This document shows, in pieces, positions 21,453 through 23,822 of a stretch of DNA of 23,822 bases; position 1 is the stretch's first letter, and each line of letters opens with the position of its first letter. The notes beneath the pieces are model-generated. The model was not told the DNA's origin, did not search any database, and was given only the letters and a program-made list of their open reading frames with translations. This stretch comes from Schizochytrium sp. TIO01. Its lineage: Eukaryota; Protista; Bigyra: Labyrinthulomycetes. The translations under genes and the position numbers were made by a program. The DNA lies in NCBI GenBank assembly GCA_004764695.1, contig SMSO01000027.1, forward strand, positions 1 to 23,822. Direction: 5' to 3'.

Positions 21453-23330
21453 GGAGTGATACCATTGGAAAGCGGCTTGAAATTACAACAGGGTAGATGT
21501 AATTTCTCAGAAACAATACTTTAAACATATAGTTTTACTGACCTTTGAAAGTTTATTTTTGGTCTCCCATATTATTAATAGGGGGAAGGAACCAAGTTTA
21601 GTAGTGGTCTAACTCTTTGAGTAGAATAAACAGAACTTTTCTACAAACACCATTCTATAGCGCATGGATTGTGGAGATGGCCGAATTTGATTTATGAGAG
21701 AAAAACGTTTTTCAAGTTTGAGAAAAGAAGCTCTAAGTTGTTACTCTATTTGTTGGCAGGATAAAGAATAAAATGATAAGTATACGATTCATTTTCTCAA
21801 TAATGAAGCAATATATTAATCATGCAGTGGTACCGTTGGAAAGCTGATGCAATTTACCACAGGGTAGATGTGTTTGCTCAGAAAAAAAAAATATGACTAT
21901 GTTTTATTGACTTTTGAAAGATATTTCTTTGTTTCTCATATTATTAATAGGGGGAGAAACCGAGTTTAGTAGTGTTATAACTCTATTACTAAAAGAGACA
22001 GAACTTTGCTACAAGCACCATTCGACAAATCATGAATTTTTAAGATAACCGCGTCTGATTTATGATTGAAAATATTTTTGCAAGCTTGAGAAAAGAAACT
22101 CCAAGTTGTTCCTCTATTTATTAGCAGGATAAAGGGCAAATTGAATAGAATAAGATTCAATATCTCAACAATGAGATAATATATTAATCATCGAGTGGTA
22201 CCATTGGAAAGCTGCTTGCATTTACAACAGGGTATATGTGTTTTCTCAGAAAAAATACTTTAATATATAGTTTTACTGACCTTTGAAAGTTTATTTTTTG
22301 TCTCTCATATTATTCATAGGGGAAAGAAACAAGTTTAGTAGTGTTCTAACTTCATCAATAGAATAGACAGAGCTTTACTACAAGCGCCATTCGATCGCTC
22401 ATGAATTGTTAAGATGCGTGTATTTGATTGATGAGAAAAACTCTTCTTGCAAGCTTGAGAAAAAGAAGCTTCAAGTTGTCACTATTTGTGAGCAGGATAA
22501 AGAATAAATTGATTAGTATAATATTCATTATCTCAACAATGAGATGAAATATTAATCATCGAGCGGTACTGTTAAGGGGCTATAAAAAGGCGTGACTAAT
22601 GACCACTCGTCAATACCTAGTATACCCCGGTCCCATATATAGATTATCTCTTGACAGGTACCATTGGAAAGCTGGAAACATTTACAACACGGTAGATGTG
22701 CTGGTTCAGAAAAAAAAAAAATTATGGTTTTGTTTTTATTAACTTTTGACAGATATTTCTTAGTCTATCATATTATTAATAAGGAGAAAGAGCTGAGTTT
22801 AGTAGTGTTCTAACTTTATCAATAGAATAGACAGAAGTTTACTACAAGCACCATTCGATCGCTCATGAATCATTAAGATACGTGTATTTGAATTATGAGA
22901 AACAACATACCTGCAAGCTTGAGAAAAGAAGCTCCAAGTTGTCACTCTATTTGTGAGCAGGATAAAGAATTAAATGACCAGTATAAAATTCATTATCTCA
23001 ACAATGAGATAATATATTAATCATCCAGTGGTACCATTCGAAAACTGGAAACATTTACAACAGGGTAGATGTGTTGGTTTAGAAAAAAAAAAATATGGTT
23101 TTGTTTTTATTAACTTTTGAAAGATATTTCTTAGTCTCTCATATTACTCATAACCAGAAAAGGGAAACTTTGTAGTGTCATCAATCTATCAATCAAATAG
23201 TTAGTAATTTTCTACAAGCACCATTAGAATGCATCACAACTCATCGACGATCAACGTTGAATTATGGTGAGAGAATAGTTTTACAAATTAGACATAAGTA
23301 CTTCCATCATATTACATGCTATTCTTATTG
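21453..23330. repeat. Subtelomeric spacer repeat family C, segment 3 (last unit degenerate)
   Basis: Markers at 21458, 21829, 22197, 22565/22657, 23030; similarity decays after about 23150. Confidence 0.92.
22570..22656. mobile_element. 87-bp miniature solo-LTR-like insertion (second family)
   Basis: TG...CA ends, imperfect terminal inverted repeat (TGTTAAGGG / CTCTTGACA), perfect 5-bp TSD GGTAC (22565-22569 and 22657-22661), TATAAAA at 22581. Absent from all other family C units. Confidence 0.8.
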
Positions 23331-23446
23331 AAGTCTCCCATATCCACGAATGCCAGCAGGCGCATAAAAACTTTTTATATTTAAAAGAAAATACTTTTAA
23401 TTTTTAAAAGGAAATATTTTTATACTCAAACCATAATAAACAATCA

Positions 23447-23822
23447 TTAGGTTAGGTAAGGTAAGGTTAGGTAAGGTTAGGTAAGGTTAGGTTAGGTTAG
23501 GTTAGGTAAGGTTAGGTAAGGTTAGGTAAGGTTAGGTAAGGTTAGGTTAGGTTAGGTTAGGTTAGGTTAGGTTAGGTTAGGTTAGGTTAGGTTAGGTTAG
23601 GTTAGGTTAGGTTAGGTTAGGTTAGGTTAGGTTAGGTTAGGTTAGGTTAGGTTAGGTTAGGTTAGGTTAGGTTAGGTTAGGTTAGGTTAGGTTAGGTTAG
23701 GTTAGGTTAGGTTAGGTTAGGTTAGGTTAGGTTAGGTTAGGTTAGGTTAGGTTAGGTTAGGTTAGGTTAGGTTAGGTTAGGTTAGGTTAGGTTAGGTTAG
23801 GTTAGGTTAGGTTAGGTTAGGT
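23447..23822 (+). repeat. Telomere (TTAGG)n with proximal TAAGG variants
   Basis: About 75 pentamers running to the end of the window, with the G-rich strand pointing 5'->3' toward the terminus. Confidence 0.99.

Noticed and set aside
9363-22160. Short ORFs in the spacer repeats (9363, 13805, 14543, 21975); idea that the repeats encode a repeat protein
   Set aside because: Unit lengths are mostly not multiples of three and homologous frames are broken in sibling copies.

Overview
Eukaryotic chromosome end. One uninterrupted 18S-ITS1-5.8S-ITS2-28S rDNA unit (about 1540-7056, + strand) points toward the telomere; its 18S resembles thraustochytrid (Aurantiochytrium/Schizochytrium-type) sequences. 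It is followed by three tiers of long tandem spacer repeats (about 412 bp x4, 532 bp x3, 370 bp x about 16) and a (TTAGG)n telomere from 23447. This matches the LORE-TEARS subtelomere layout described for Aurantiochytrium limacinum. The 370-bp array carries an intact young Ty1/copia retrotransposon (15533-21452, - strand, one 1670-aa gag-pol ORF), a solo LTR of the same family (13190-13658) and an unrelated 87-bp TG...CA element with a 5-bp TSD (22570-22656). All their junctions fall within about 27 bp around the GGTACC palindrome of the unit, which suggests a subtelomere-targeted retroelement system. The copia element also keeps an extra AAA after the U5 CA in every copy and has a half-tRNA-type PBS, duplicated TTAGGG-type motifs in U3 and a SIM-like peptide array after the integrase core. 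No 5S gene was found. All comparisons were made by eye.
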